Shown here: positions 12,900-25,935 of the stretch, piece by piece
Position numbering within the stretch: position 1 is the stretch's first letter
How the letters are laid out: each line of letters opens with the position of its first letter
Assembly: GCA_964016885.1 (NCBI GenBank)
Contig: OZ024758.1
Location: forward strand, 34,658,001-34,722,000
Reading direction: 5' to 3'
Length of the DNA: 64,000 nucleotides
From: Eledone cirrhosa
Lineage: Eukaryota
Notes under the pieces: generated by a model
Seen by the model: the letters and a program-made list of their open reading frames with translations, nothing else
Told to the model about the DNA's origin: nothing
The model's database searches: none
Program-made: the position numbers and the translations under genes

Positions 12900-15650
12900 T
12901 TGGTGAGAATTCATTTAAGTTCATGGTATTAGCTGTCAGAAGTAACTCCACTGTTGGTGAGAATTCATTTAAGTTCATGGTATTAGCTGTCAGAAGGAAC
13001 GCCACCGTTGGTGAGAATTCATTTAAATTCATGGTATTAGCTGTCAGAAGTAACTCCACTGTTGGTGAGAATTCATTTAAGTTCATGGTACTAGCTGTCA
13101 GAAGTAACTCCAATGTTGGTGAGAATTCATTTAAGTTCATGGTATTAGCTGTCAGAAGGAATTCCACTGTTGCTGAGAATTCATTTAAGTTCATGGTATT
13201 AGCTGTCAGAGGTAACTCCACTGTTGGTGAGAATTCATTTAAGTTCATGGTACTAGCTGTCAGAAGTAACTCCACTGTTGGTGAGAATTCATTTAAGTTC
13301 ATGGTATTAGCTGTCAGAAGGAACGCCACTGTTGGTGAGAATTCATTTAAGTTCATGGTATTAGCTGTCAGAAGTCACTCCACTGTTGGTGAGAATACAT
13401 TTAAGTTCATGGTACTAGCTGTCAGAAGTAACCCCAATGTTGGTGAGAATTCATTTAAGTTCATGGTATTAGCTGTCAGAAGTAACTCCACTGTTGGTGA
13501 GAATTCATTTAAGTTCATGGTACTAGCTGTCAGAAGTAACTCCAATGTTGGTGAGAATTCATTTAAGTTCATGGTATTAGCTGTCAGAAGGAACTCCACT
13601 GTTGCTGAGAATTCATTTAAGTTCATGGTATTAGCTGTCAGAAGGAACGCCACTGTTGGTGAGAATTCATTTAAGTTCATGGTATTAGCTGTCAGAAGTA
13701 ACTCCACTGTTGGTGAGAATTCATTTAAGTTCATGGTACTAGCTGTCAGAAGTAACTCCACTGTTGGTGAGAATTCATTTAAGTTCATGGTATTAGCTGT
13801 CAGAAGTCACTCCGATGTTGGTGAGAATTCATTTAAGTTCATGGTATTAGCTGTCAGAAGTCACTCCACTGTTGGTGAGAATTCATTTAAGTTCATGGTA
13901 CTAGCTGTCAGAAGTAACCCCAATGTTGGTGAGAATTCATTTAAGTTCATGGTATTAGCTGTCAGAAGTCACTCCAATGTTGGTGAGAATTCATTTAAGT
14001 TCATGGTATTACCTGTCAGAAGTCACTCCAATGTTGGTGAGAATTCATTTAAGTTCATGGTATTAGCTGTCAGAAGTCACTCCACTGTTGGTGAGAATTC
14101 ATTTAAGTTCATGGTACTAGCTGTCAGAAGTAACCCCAATGTTGGTGAGAATTCATTTAAGTTCATGGTATTAGCTGTCAGAAGTCACTCCAATGTTGGT
14201 GAGAATTCATTTAAGTTCATGGTATTAGCTGTCAGAAGTAACTCCACTGTTGGTGAGAATTCATTTAAGTTCATGGTATTAGCTGTCAGAAGGAACGCCA
14301 CTGTTGGTGAGAATTCATTTAAATTCATGGTATTAGCTGTCAGAAGTAACTCCTCTGTTGGTGAGAATTCATTTAAGTTCATGGTACTAGCTGTCAGAAG
14401 TAACTCCAATGTTGGTGAGAATTCATTTAAGTTCATGGTATTAGCTGTCAGAAGGAATTCCACTGTTGCTGAGAATTCATTTAAGTTCATGGTATTAGCT
14501 GTCAGAGGTAACTCCACTGTTGGTGAGAATTCATTTAAGTTCATGGTACTAGCTGTCAGAAGTAACTCCACTGTTGGTGAGAATTCATTTAAGTTCATGG
14601 TATTAGCTGTCAGAAGGAACGCCACTGTTGGTGAGAATTCATTTAAGTTCATGGTATTAGCTGTCAGAAGTCACTCCACTGTTGGTGAGAATACATTTAA
14701 GTTCATGGTACTAGCTGTCAGAAGTAACCCCAATGTTGGTGAGAATTCATTTAAGTTCATGGTATTAGCTGTCAGAAGTAACTCCACTGTTGGTGAGAAT
14801 TCATTTAAGTACATGGTACTAGCTGTCAGAAGTAACTCCAATGTTGGTGAGAATTCATTTAAGTTCATGGTATTAGCTGTCAGAAGGAACTCCACTGTTG
14901 CTGAGAATTCATTTAAGTTCATGGTATTAGCTGTCAGAAGTAACTCCACTGTTGGTGAGAATTCATTTAAGTTCATGGTACTAGCTGTCAGAAGTCACTC
15001 CACTGTTGGTGAGAATACATTTAAGTTCATGGTACTAGCTGTCAGAAGTAACCCCAATGTTGGTGAGAATTCATTTAAGTTCATGGTATTAGCTGTCAGA
15101 AGTCACTCCAATGTTGGTGAGAATTCATTTAAGTTCATGGTATTAGCTGTCAGAAGTAACTCCACTGTTGGTAAGAATTCATTTAAGTTCATGGTATTAG
15201 CTGTCAGAAGTAACTCCACTGTTGGTGAGAATTCATTTAAGTTCATGGTATTAGCTGTCAGAAGGAACGCCACTGTTGGTGAGAATTCATTTAAGTTCAT
15301 GGTATTAGCTGTCAGAAGTAACTCCACTGTTGGTGAGAATTCATTTAAGTTCATGGTACTAGCTGTCAGAAGTAACTCCACTGTTGGTGAGAATTCATTT
15401 AAGTTCATGGTATTAGCTGTCAGAAGTCACTCCAATGTTGGTGAGAATTCATTTAAGTTCATGGTATTAGCTGTCAGAAGTCACTCCACTGTTGGTGAGA
15501 ATTCATTTAAGTTCATGGTACTAGCTGTCAGAAGTAACCCCAATGTTGGTGAGAATTCATTTAAGTTCATGGTATTAGCTGTCAGAAGTCACTCCAATGT
15601 TGGTGAGAATTCATTTAAGTTCATGGTATTACCTGTCAGAAGGAACTCCA
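12900..15650 (+). repeat. Imperfect internal duplication in an indel-free tract (offsets 1296 bp then 1620 bp; 24 and 30 monomers)
   Basis: AGAGGTAAC marker at ~13211 and ~14507 (+1296); TTACCTGTC marker at ~14011 and ~15631 (+1620). The offset changes by 324 bp, or 6 monomers. Confidence 0.75.
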
Positions 15651-18065
15651 CTGTTGCTGAGAATTCATTTAAGTTCATGGTATTAGCTGTCAGAAGTAAC
15701 CCCAATGTTGGTGAGAATTCATTTAAGTTCATGGTATTAGCTGTCAGAAGTAACTCCACTGTTGGTGAGAATTCATTTAAGTTCATGGTATTAGCTGTCA
15801 GAAGTAACTCCACTGTTGGTGAGAATTCATTTAAGTCATGGTATTAGCTGTCAGAAGTAACTCCAATGTTGGTAAGAATTCATTTAAGTTCATGGTATTA
15901 GCTGTCAGAAGTAACTCCACTGTTGGTGAGAATTCATTTAAGTTCATGGGATTAGCTGTCAGAAGTAACTGCACTGTTGGTGAGAATTCATTTAAGTTCA
16001 TGGTATTAGCTGTCAGAAGTAACTCCACTGTTGGTGAGAATTCATTTAAGTCATGGTATTAGCTGTCAGAAGTAACTCCAATGTTGGTGAGAATTCATTT
16101 AAGTTCATGGTATTAGCTGTCAGAAGTCACTCCACTGTTGGTGAGAATTCATTTAAGTTCATGGTACTAGCTGTCAGAAGTAACCCCAATGTTGGTGAGA
16201 ATTCATTTAAGTTCATGGTATTAGCTGTCAGAAGTCACTCCAATGTTGGTGAGAATTCATTTAAGTTCATGGTATTAGCTGTCAGAAGTAACTCCACTGT
16301 TGGTGAGAATTCATTTAAGTTCATGGTATTAGCTGTCAGAAGTAACTCCACTGTTGGTGAGAATTCATTTAAGTTCATGGTATTAGCTGTCAGAAGTAAC
16401 TCCACTGTTGGTGAGAATTCATTTAAGTTCATGGTATTAGCTGTCAGAAGGAACTCCAATGTTGGTGAGAATTCATTTAAGTCATGGTACTAGCTGTCAG
16501 AAGTAACTCCACTGTTGGTGAGAATTCATTTAAGTTCATGGTATTAGCTGTCAGAAGGAACGCCACTGTTGGTGAGAATTCATTTAAATTCATGGTATTA
16601 GCTGTCAGAAGTAACTCCACTGTTGGTGAGAATCCATTTAAGTTCATGGTACTAGCTGTCAGAAGTAGCTCCAATGTTGGTGAGAATTCATTTAAGTTCA
16701 TGGTATTAGCTGTCAGAAGTAACTCCACTGTTGGTGAGAATTCATTTAAGTTCATGGTATTAGCTGTCAGAAGTCACTCCAATGTTGGTGAGAATTCATT
16801 TAAGTCATGGTACTAGCTGTCAGAAGTAACTCCACTGTTGGTGAGAATTCATTTAAGTTCATTGTATTAGCTGTCAGAAGGAACGCCACTGTTGGTGAGA
16901 ATTCATTTAAGTTCATGGTATTAGCTGTCAGAAGTAACTCCACTGTTGGTGAGAATTCATTTAAGTTCATGGTACTAGCTGTCAAAAGTAACTCCAATGT
17001 TGGTGAGAATTCATTTAAGTTCATGGTATTAGCTGTCAGAAGGAACTCCACTGTTGGTGAGAATTCATTTAAGTTCATGGTATTAGCTGTCAGAAGTCAC
17101 TCCAATGTTGGTGAGAATTCATTTAAGTCATGGTACTAGCTGTCAGAAGTAACTCCACTGTTGGTGAGAATTCATTTAAGTTCCTTGTATTAGCTGTCAG
17201 AAGGAACGCCACTGTTGGTGAGAATTCATTTAAGTTCATGGTATTAGCTGTCAGAAGTAACTCCACTGTTGGTGAGAATTCATTTAAGTTCATGGTACTA
17301 GCTGTCAAAAGTAACTCCAATGTTGGTGAGAATTCATTTAAGTTCATGGTATTAGCTGTCAGAAGGAACTCCACTGTTGCTGAGAATTCATTTAAGTTCA
17401 TGGTATTAGCTGTCAGAAGTAACTCCACTGTTGGTGAGAATTCATTTAAGTTCATGGTACTAGCTGTCAGAAGTCACTCCACTGTTGGTGAGAATACATT
17501 TAAGTTCATGGTACTAGCTGTCAGAAGGAACTCCACTGTTGCTGAGAATTCATTTAAGTTCATGGTATTAGCTGTCAGAAGTAACTCCACTGTTGGTGAG
17601 AATTCATTTAAGTTCATGGTACTAGCTGTCAGAAGTAACTAAACTGTTGGTGAGATTTCATTTAAGTTCATGGTATTAGCTGTCAGAAGTCACTCCAATG
17701 TTGGTGAGAATTCATTTAAGTTCATGGTATTAGCTGTCAGAAGTCACTCCACTGTTGGTGAGAATTCATTTAAGTTCATGGTACTAGCTGTCAGAAGTAA
17801 CCCCAATGTTGGTGAGAATTCATTTAAGTTCATGGTATTAGCTGTCAGAAGTCACTCCAATGTTGGTGAGAATTCATTTAAGTTCATGGTATTAGCTGTC
17901 AGAAGTAACTCCACTGTTGGTGAGAATTCATTTAAGTTCATGGTATTAGCTGTCAGAAGTAACTCCACTGTTGGTGAGAATTCATTTAAGTTCATGGTAT
18001 TAGCTGTCAGAAGTAACTCCACTGTTGGTGAGAATTCATTTAAGTCATGGTATTAGCTGTCAGAA

Positions 18066-21000
18066 GTAACTCCAATGTTGGTGAGAATTCATTTAAGTTC
18101 ATGGTATTAGCTGTCAGAAGTCACTCCACTGTTGGTGAGAATTCATTTAAGTTCATGGTACTAGCTGTCAGAAGTAACCCCAATGTTGGTGAGAATTCAT
18201 TTAAGTTCATGGTATTAGCTGTCAGAAGTCACTCCAATATTGGTGAGAATTCATTTAAGTTCATGGTATTAGCTGTCAGAAGTAACTCCACTGTTGGTGA
18301 GAATTCATTTAAGTTCATGGTATTAGCTGTCAGAAGTAACTCCACTGTTGGTGAGAATTCATTTAAGTTCATGGTATTAGCTGTCAGAAGTAACTCCACT
18401 GTTGGTGAGAATTCATTTAAGTTCATGGTATTAGCTGTCAGAAGTAACTCCACTGTTGGTGAGAATTCATTTAAGTTCATGGTATTAGCTGTCAGAAGGA
18501 ACGCCACTGTTGGTGAGAATTCATTTAAATTCATGGTATTAGCTGTCAGAAGTAACTCCACTGTTGGTGAGAATTCATTTAAGTTCATGGTACTAGCTGT
18601 CAGAAGTAACTCCAATGTTGGTAAGAATTCATTTAAGTTCATGGTATTAGCTGTCAGAAGGAATTCCACTGTTGCTGAGAATTCATTTAAGTTCATGGTA
18701 TTAGCTGTCAGAAGTAACTCCACTGTTGGTGAGAATTCATTTAAGTTCATGGTACTAGCTGTCAGAAGTAACTCCACTGTTGGTGAGAATTCATTTAAGT
18801 TCATGGTATTAGCTGTCAGAAGTCACTCCAATGTTGGTGAGAATTCATTTAAGTTCATGGTATTAGCTGTCAGAAGTCACTCCACTGTTGGTGAGAATTC
18901 ATTTAAGTTCATGGTACTAGCTGTCAGAAGTAACCCCAATGTTGGTGAGAATTCATTTAAGTTCATGGTATTAGCTGTCAGAAGTCACTCCAATGTTGGT
19001 GAGAATTCATTTAAGTTCATGGTATTAGCTGTCAGAAGTAACTCCACTGTTGGTGAGAATTCATTTAAGTTCATGGTATTAGTTTGTCAGAAGTAACTCC
19101 ACTGTTGGTGAGAATTCATTTAAGTCATGGTATTAGTTGTCAGAAGTAACTCCAATGTTGGTGAGAATTCATTTAAGTTCATGGTATTAGCTGTCAGAAG
19201 GAACTCCACTGTTGGTGAGAATTCATTTAAGTTCATGGTATTAGCTGTCAGAAGGAACTCCAATGTTGGTGAGAATTCATTTAAGTTCATGGTATTAGCT
19301 GTCAGAAGGAACGCCACTGTTGGTGAGAATTCATTTAAGTTCATGGTATTAGCTGTCAGAAGTAACTCCACTGTTGGTGAGAATTCATTTAAGTTCATGG
19401 TACCAGCTGTCAGAAGTAACTCCACTGTTGGTGAGAATTCATTTAAGTTCATGGTATTAGCTGTCAGAAGTCACTCCAATGTTGGTGAGAATTCATTTAA
19501 GTTCATGGTATTAGCTGTCAGAAGTCACTCCACTGTTGGTGAGAATTCATTTAAGTTCATGGTACTAGCTGTCAGAAGTAACCCCAATGTTGGTGAGAAT
19601 TCATTTAAGTTCATGGTATTAGCTGTCAGAAGTAACTCCACTGTTGGTGAGAATTCATTTAAGTCATGTTATTAGCTGTCAGAAGTAACTCCAATGTTGG
19701 TGAGAATTCATTTAAGTTCATGGTATTAGCTGTCAGAAGTCACTCCACTGTTGGTGAGAATTCATTTAAGTTCATGGTACTAGCTGTCAGAAGTAACCCC
19801 AATGTTGGTGAGAATTCATTTAAGTTCATGGTATTAGCTGTCAGAAGTCACTCCAATGTTGGTGAGAATTCATTTAAGTTCATGGTATTAGCTGTCAGAA
19901 GTAACTCCACTGTTGGTGAGAATTCATTTAAGTTCATGGTATTAGCTGTCAGAAGTAACTCCACTGTTGGTGAGAATTCATTTAAGTTCATGGTATTAGC
20001 TGTCAGAAGTAACTCCACTGTTGGTGAGAATTCATTTAAGTTCATGGTATTAGCTGTCAGAAGGAACTCCAATGTTGGTGAGAATTCATTTAAGTCATGG
20101 TACTAGCTGTCAGAAGTAACTCCACTGTTGGTGAGAATTCATTTAAGTTCATGGTATTAGCTGTCAGAAGGAACGCCACTGTTGGTGAGAATTCATTTAA
20201 ATTCATGGTATTAGCTGTCAGAAGTAACTCCACTGTTGGTGAGAATTCATTTAAGTTCATGGTATTAGCTGTCAGAAGTAACTCCACTGTTGGTGAGAAT
20301 TCATTTAAGTCATGGTATTAGCTGTCAGAAGTAACTCCAATGTTGGTGAGAATTCATTTAAGTTCATGGTATTAGCTGTCAGAAGTCACTCCACTGTTGG
20401 TGAGAATTCATTTAAGTTCATGGTACTAGCTGTCAGAAGTAACCCCAATGTTGGTGAGAATTCATTTAAGTTCATGGTATTAGCTGTCAGAAGTCACTCC
20501 AATGTTGGTGAGAATTCATTTAAGTTCATGGTATTAGCTGTCAGAAGTAACTCCACTGTTGGTGAGAATTCATTTAAGTTCATGGTATTAGCTGTCAGAA
20601 GTAACTCCACTGTTGGTGAGAATTCATTTAAGTTCATGGTATTAGCTGTCAGAAGTAACTCCACTGTTGGTGAGAATTCATTTAAGTCATGGTATTAGCT
20701 GTCAGAAGTAACTCCAATGTTGGTGAGAATTCATTTAAGTTCATGGTATTAGCTGTCAGAAGTCACTCCACTGTTGGTGAGAATTCATTTAAGTTCATGG
20801 TACTAGCTGTCAGAAGTAACCCCAATGTTGGTGAGAATTCATTTAAGTTCATGGTATTAGCTGTCAGAAGTCACTCCAATGTTGGTGAGAATTCATTTAA
20901 GTTCATGGTATTAGCTGTCAGAAGTAACTCCACTGTTGGTGAGAATTCATTTAAGTTCATGGTATTAGCTGTCAGAAGTAACTCCACTGTTGGTGAGAAT

Positions 21001-24000
21001 TCATTTAAGTTCATGGTATTAGCTGTCAGAAGTAACTCCACTGTTGGTGAGAATTCATTTAAGTTCATGGTATTAGCTGTCAGAAGGAACTCCAATGTTG
21101 GTGAGAATTCATTTAAGTCATGGTACTAGCTGTCAGAAGTAACTCCACTGTTGGTGAGAATTCATTTAAGTTCATGGTATTAGCTGTCAGAAGGAACGCC
21201 ACTGTTGGTGAGAATTCATTTAAATTCATGGTATTAGCTGTCAGAAGTAACTCCACTGTTGGTGAGAATTCATTTAAGTTCATGGTATTAGCTGTCAGAA
21301 GTAACTCCACTGTTGGTGAGAATTCATTTAAGTCATGGTATTAGCTGTCAGAAGTAACTCCAATGTTGGTGAGAATTCATTTAAGTTCATGGTATTAGCT
21401 GTCAGAAGTCACTCCACTGTTGGTGAGAATTCATTTAAGTTCATGGTACTAGCTGTCAGAAGTAACCCCAATGTTGGTGAGAATTCATTTAAGTTCATGG
21501 TATTAGCTGTCAGAAGTCACTCCAATGTTGGTGAGAATTCATTTAAGTTCATGGTATTAGCTGTCAGAAGTCACTCCAATGTTGGTGAGAATTCATTTAA
21601 GTTCATGGTATTAGCTGTCAGAAGTAACTCCACTGTTGGTGAGAATTCATTTAAGTTCATGGTATTAGCTGTCAGAAGTAACTCCACTGTTGGTGAGAAT
21701 TCATTTAAGTTCATGGTATTAGCTGTCAGAAGTAACTCCACTGTTGGTGAGTATTCATTTAAGTTCATGGTATTAGCTGTCAGAAGGAACTCCAATGTTG
21801 GTGAGAATTCATTTAAGTCATGGTACTAGCTGTCAGAAGTAACTCCACTGTTGGTGAGAATTCATTTAAGTTCATGGTATTAGCTGTCAGAAGGAACGCC
21901 ACTGTTGGTGAGAATTCATTTAAATTCATGGTATTAGCTGTCAGAAGTAACTCCACTGTTGGTGAGAATTCATTTAAGTTCATGGTACTAGCTGTCAGAT
22001 GTAACTCCAATGTTGGTGAGAATTCATTTAAGTTCATGGTATTAGCTGTCAGAAGTCACTCCACTGTTGGTGAGAATTCATTTAAGTTCATGGTACTAGC
22101 TGTCAGAAGTAACCCCAATGTTGGTGAGAATTCATTTAAGTTCATGGTATTAGCTGTCAGAAGTCACTCCAATATTGGTGAGAATTCATTTAAGTTCATG
22201 GTATTAGCTGTCAGAAGTAACTCCACTGTTGGTGAGAATTCATTTAAGTTCATGGTATTAGCTGTCAGAAGTAACTCCACTGTTGGTGAGAATTCATTTA
22301 AGTTCATGGTATTAGCTGTCAGAAGTAACTCCACTGTTGGTGAGAATTCATTTAAGTTCATGGTATTAGCTGTCAGAAGTAACTCCACTGTTGGTGAGAA
22401 TTCATTTAAGTTCATGGTATTAGCTGTCAGAAGGAACGCCACTGTTGGTGAGAATTCATTTAAATTCATGGTATTAGCTGTCAGAAGTAACTCCACTGTT
22501 GGTGAGAATTCATTTAAGTTCATGGTACTAGCTGTCAGAAGTAACTCCAATGTTGGTAAGAATTCATTTAAGTTCATGGTATTAGCTGTCAGAAGGAATT
22601 CCACTGTTGCTGAGAATTCATTTAAGTTCATGGTATTAGCTGTCAGAAGTAACTCCACTGTTGGTGAGAATTCATTTAAGTTCATGGTACTAGCTGTCAG
22701 AAGTAACTCCACTGTTGGTGAGAATTCATTTAAGTTCATGGTATTAGCTGTCAGAAGTCACTCCAATGTTGGTGAGAATTCATTTAAGTTCATGGTATTA
22801 GCTGTCAGAAGTCACTCCACTGTTGGTGAGAATTCATTTAAGTTCATGGTACTAGCTGTCAGAAGTAACCCCAATGTTGGTGAGAATTCATTTAAGTTCA
22901 TGGTATTAGCTGTCAGAAGTCACTCCAATGTTGGTGAGAATTCATTTAAGTTCATGGTATTAGCTGTCAGAAGTAACTCCACTGTTGGTGAGAATTCATT
23001 TAAGTTCATGGTATTAGTTTGTCAGAAGTAACTCCACTGTTGGTGAGAATTCATTTAAGTCATGGTATTAGTTGTCAGAAGTAACTCCAATGTTGGTGAG
23101 AATTCATTTAAGTTCATGGTATTAGCTGTCAGAAGGAACTCCACTGTTGGTGAGAATTCATTTAAGTTCATGGTATTAGCTGTCAGAAGGAACTCCAATG
23201 TTGGTGAGAATTCATTTAAGTTCATGGTATTAGCTGTCAGAAGGAACGCCACTGTTGGTGAGAATTCATTTAAGTTCATGGTATTAGCTGTCAGAAGTAA
23301 CTCCACTGTTGGTGAGAATTCATTTAAGTTCATGGTACCAGCTGTCAGAAGTAACTCCACTGTTGGTGAGAATTCATTTAAGTTCATGGTATTAGCTGTC
23401 AGAAGTCACTCCAATGTTGGTGAGAATTCATTTAAGTTCATGGTATTAGCTGTCAGAAGTCACTCCACTGTTGGTGAGAATTCATTTAAGTTCATGGTAC
23501 TAGCTGTCAGAAGTAACCCCAATGTTGGTGAGAATTCATTTAAGTTCATGGTATTAGCTGTCAGAAGTAACTCCACTGTTGGTGAGAATTCATTTAAGTC
23601 ATGGTATTAGCTGTCAGAAGTAACTCCAATGTTGGTGAGAATTCATTTAAGTTCATGGTATTAGCTGTCAGAAGTCACTCCACTGTTGGTGAGAATTCAT
23701 TTAAGTTCATGGTACTAGCTGTCAGAAGTAACCCCAATGTTGGTGAGAATTCATTTAAGTTCATGGTATTAGCTGTCAGAAGTCACTCCAATGTTGGTGA
23801 GAATTCATTTAAGTTCATGGTATTAGCTGTCAGAAGTAACTCCACTGTTGGTGAGAATTCATTTAAGTTCATGGTATTAGCTGTCAGAAGTAACTCCACT
23901 GTTGGTGAGAATTCATTTAAGTTCATGGTATTAGCTGTCAGAAGTAACTCCACTGTTGGTGAGAATTCATTTAAGTTCATGGTATTAGCTGTCAGAAGGA

Positions 24001-25935
24001 ACTCCAATGTTGGTGAGAATTCATTTAAGTCATGGTACTAGCTGTCAGAAGTAACTCCACTGTTGGTGAGAATTCATTTAAGTTCATGGTATTAGCTGTC
24101 AGAAGGAACGCCACTGTTGGTGAGAATTCATTTAAATTCATGGTATTAGCTGTCAGAAGTAACTCCACTGTTGGTGAGAATTCATTTAAGTTCATGGTAT
24201 TAGCTGTCAGAAGTAACTCCACTGTTGGTGAGAATTCATTTAAGTCATGGTATTAGCTGTCAGAAGTAACTCCAATGTTGGTGAGAATTCATTTAAGTTC
24301 ATGGTATTAGCTGTCAGAAGTCACTCCACTGTTGGTGAGAATTCATTTAAGTTCATGGTACTAGCTGTCAGAAGTAACCCCAATGTTGGTGAGAATTCAT
24401 TTAAGTTCATGGTATTAGCTGTCAGAAGTCACTCCAATGTTGGTGAGAATTCATTTAAGTTCATGGTATTAGCTGTCAGAAGTAACTCCACTGTTGGTGA
24501 GAATTCATTTAAGTTCATGGTATTAGCTGTCAGAAGTAACTCCACTGTTGGTGAGAATTCATTTAAGTTCATGGTATTAGCTGTCAGAAGTAACTCCACT
24601 GTTGGTGAGAATTCATTTAAGTCATGGTATTAGCTGTCAGAAGTAACTCCAATGTTGGTGAGAATTCATTTAAGTTCATGGTATTAGCTGTCAGAAGTCA
24701 CTCCACTGTTGGTGAGAATTCATTTAAGTTCATGGTACTAGCTGTCAGAAGTAACCCCAATGTTGGTGAGAATTCATTTAAGTTCATGGTATTAGCTGTC
24801 AGAAGTCACTCCAATGTTGGTGAGAATTCATTTAAGTTCATGGTATTAGCTGTCAGAAGTAACTCCACTGTTGGTGAGAATTCATTTAAGTTCATGGTAT
24901 TAGCTGTCAGAAGTAACTCCACTGTTGGTGAGAATTCATTTAAGTTCATGGTATTAGCTGTCAGAAGTAACTCCACTGTTGGTGAGAATTCATTTAAGTT
25001 CATGGTATTAGCTGTCAGAAGGATCTCCAATGTTGGTGAGAATTCATTTAAGTCATGGTACTAGCTGTCAGAAGTAACTCCACTGTTGGTGAGAATTCAT
25101 TTAAGTTCATGGTATTAGCTGTCAGAAGGAACGCCACTGTTGGTGAGAATTCATTTAAATTCATGGTATTAGCTGTCAGAAGTAACTCCACTGTTGGTGA
25201 GAATTCATTTAAGTTCATGGTATTAGCTGTCAGAAGTAACTCCACTGTTGGTGAGAATTCATTTAAGTCATGGTATTAGCTGTCAGAAGTAACTCCAATG
25301 TTGGTGAGAATTCATTTAAGTTCATGGTATTAGCTGTCAGAAGTCACTCCACTGTTGGTGAGAATTCATTTAAGTTCATGGTACTAGCTGTCAGAAGTAA
25401 CCCCAATGTTGGTGAGAATTCATTTAAGTTCATGGTATTAGCTGTCAGAAGTCACTCCAATGTTGGTGAGAATTCATTTAAGTTCATGGTATTAGCTGTC
25501 AGAAGTCACTCCAATGTTGGTGAGAATTCATTTAAGTTCATGGTATTAGCTGTCAGAAGTAACTCCACTGTTGGTGAGAATTCATTTAAGTTCATGGTAT
25601 TAGCTGTCAGAAGTAACTCCACTGTTGGTGAGAATTCATTTAAGTTCATGGTATTAGCTGTCAGAAGTAACTCCACTGTTGGTGAGTATTCATTTAAGTT
25701 CATGGTATTAGCTGTCAGAAGGAACTCCAATGTTGGTGAGAATTCATTTAAGTCATGGTACTAGCTGTCAGAAGTAACTCCACTGTTGGTGAGAATTCAT
25801 TTAAGTTCATGGTATTAGCTGTCAGAAGGAACGCCACTGTTGGTGAGAATTCATTTAAATTCATGGTATTAGCTGTCAGAAGTAACTCCACTGTTGGTGA
25901 GAATTCATTTAAGTTCATGGTACTAGCTGTCAGAT
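18066..25935 (+). repeat. Tandem block duplication, period 3935 bp (73 monomers), containing a nested 1023-bp (19-monomer) duplication
   Basis: ORF starts 19127/23062, 19666/23601, 20097/24032, 20312/24247, 20689/24624, 21120/25055, 21335/25270 and 21820/25755 all differ by 3935. Markers CCAATATTGG, GTACCAGCT, GAGTATTC and AGATGTAAC (22000/25935). Nested: 19666/20689, 20097/21120, 20312/21335 (+1023). Confidence 0.93.
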
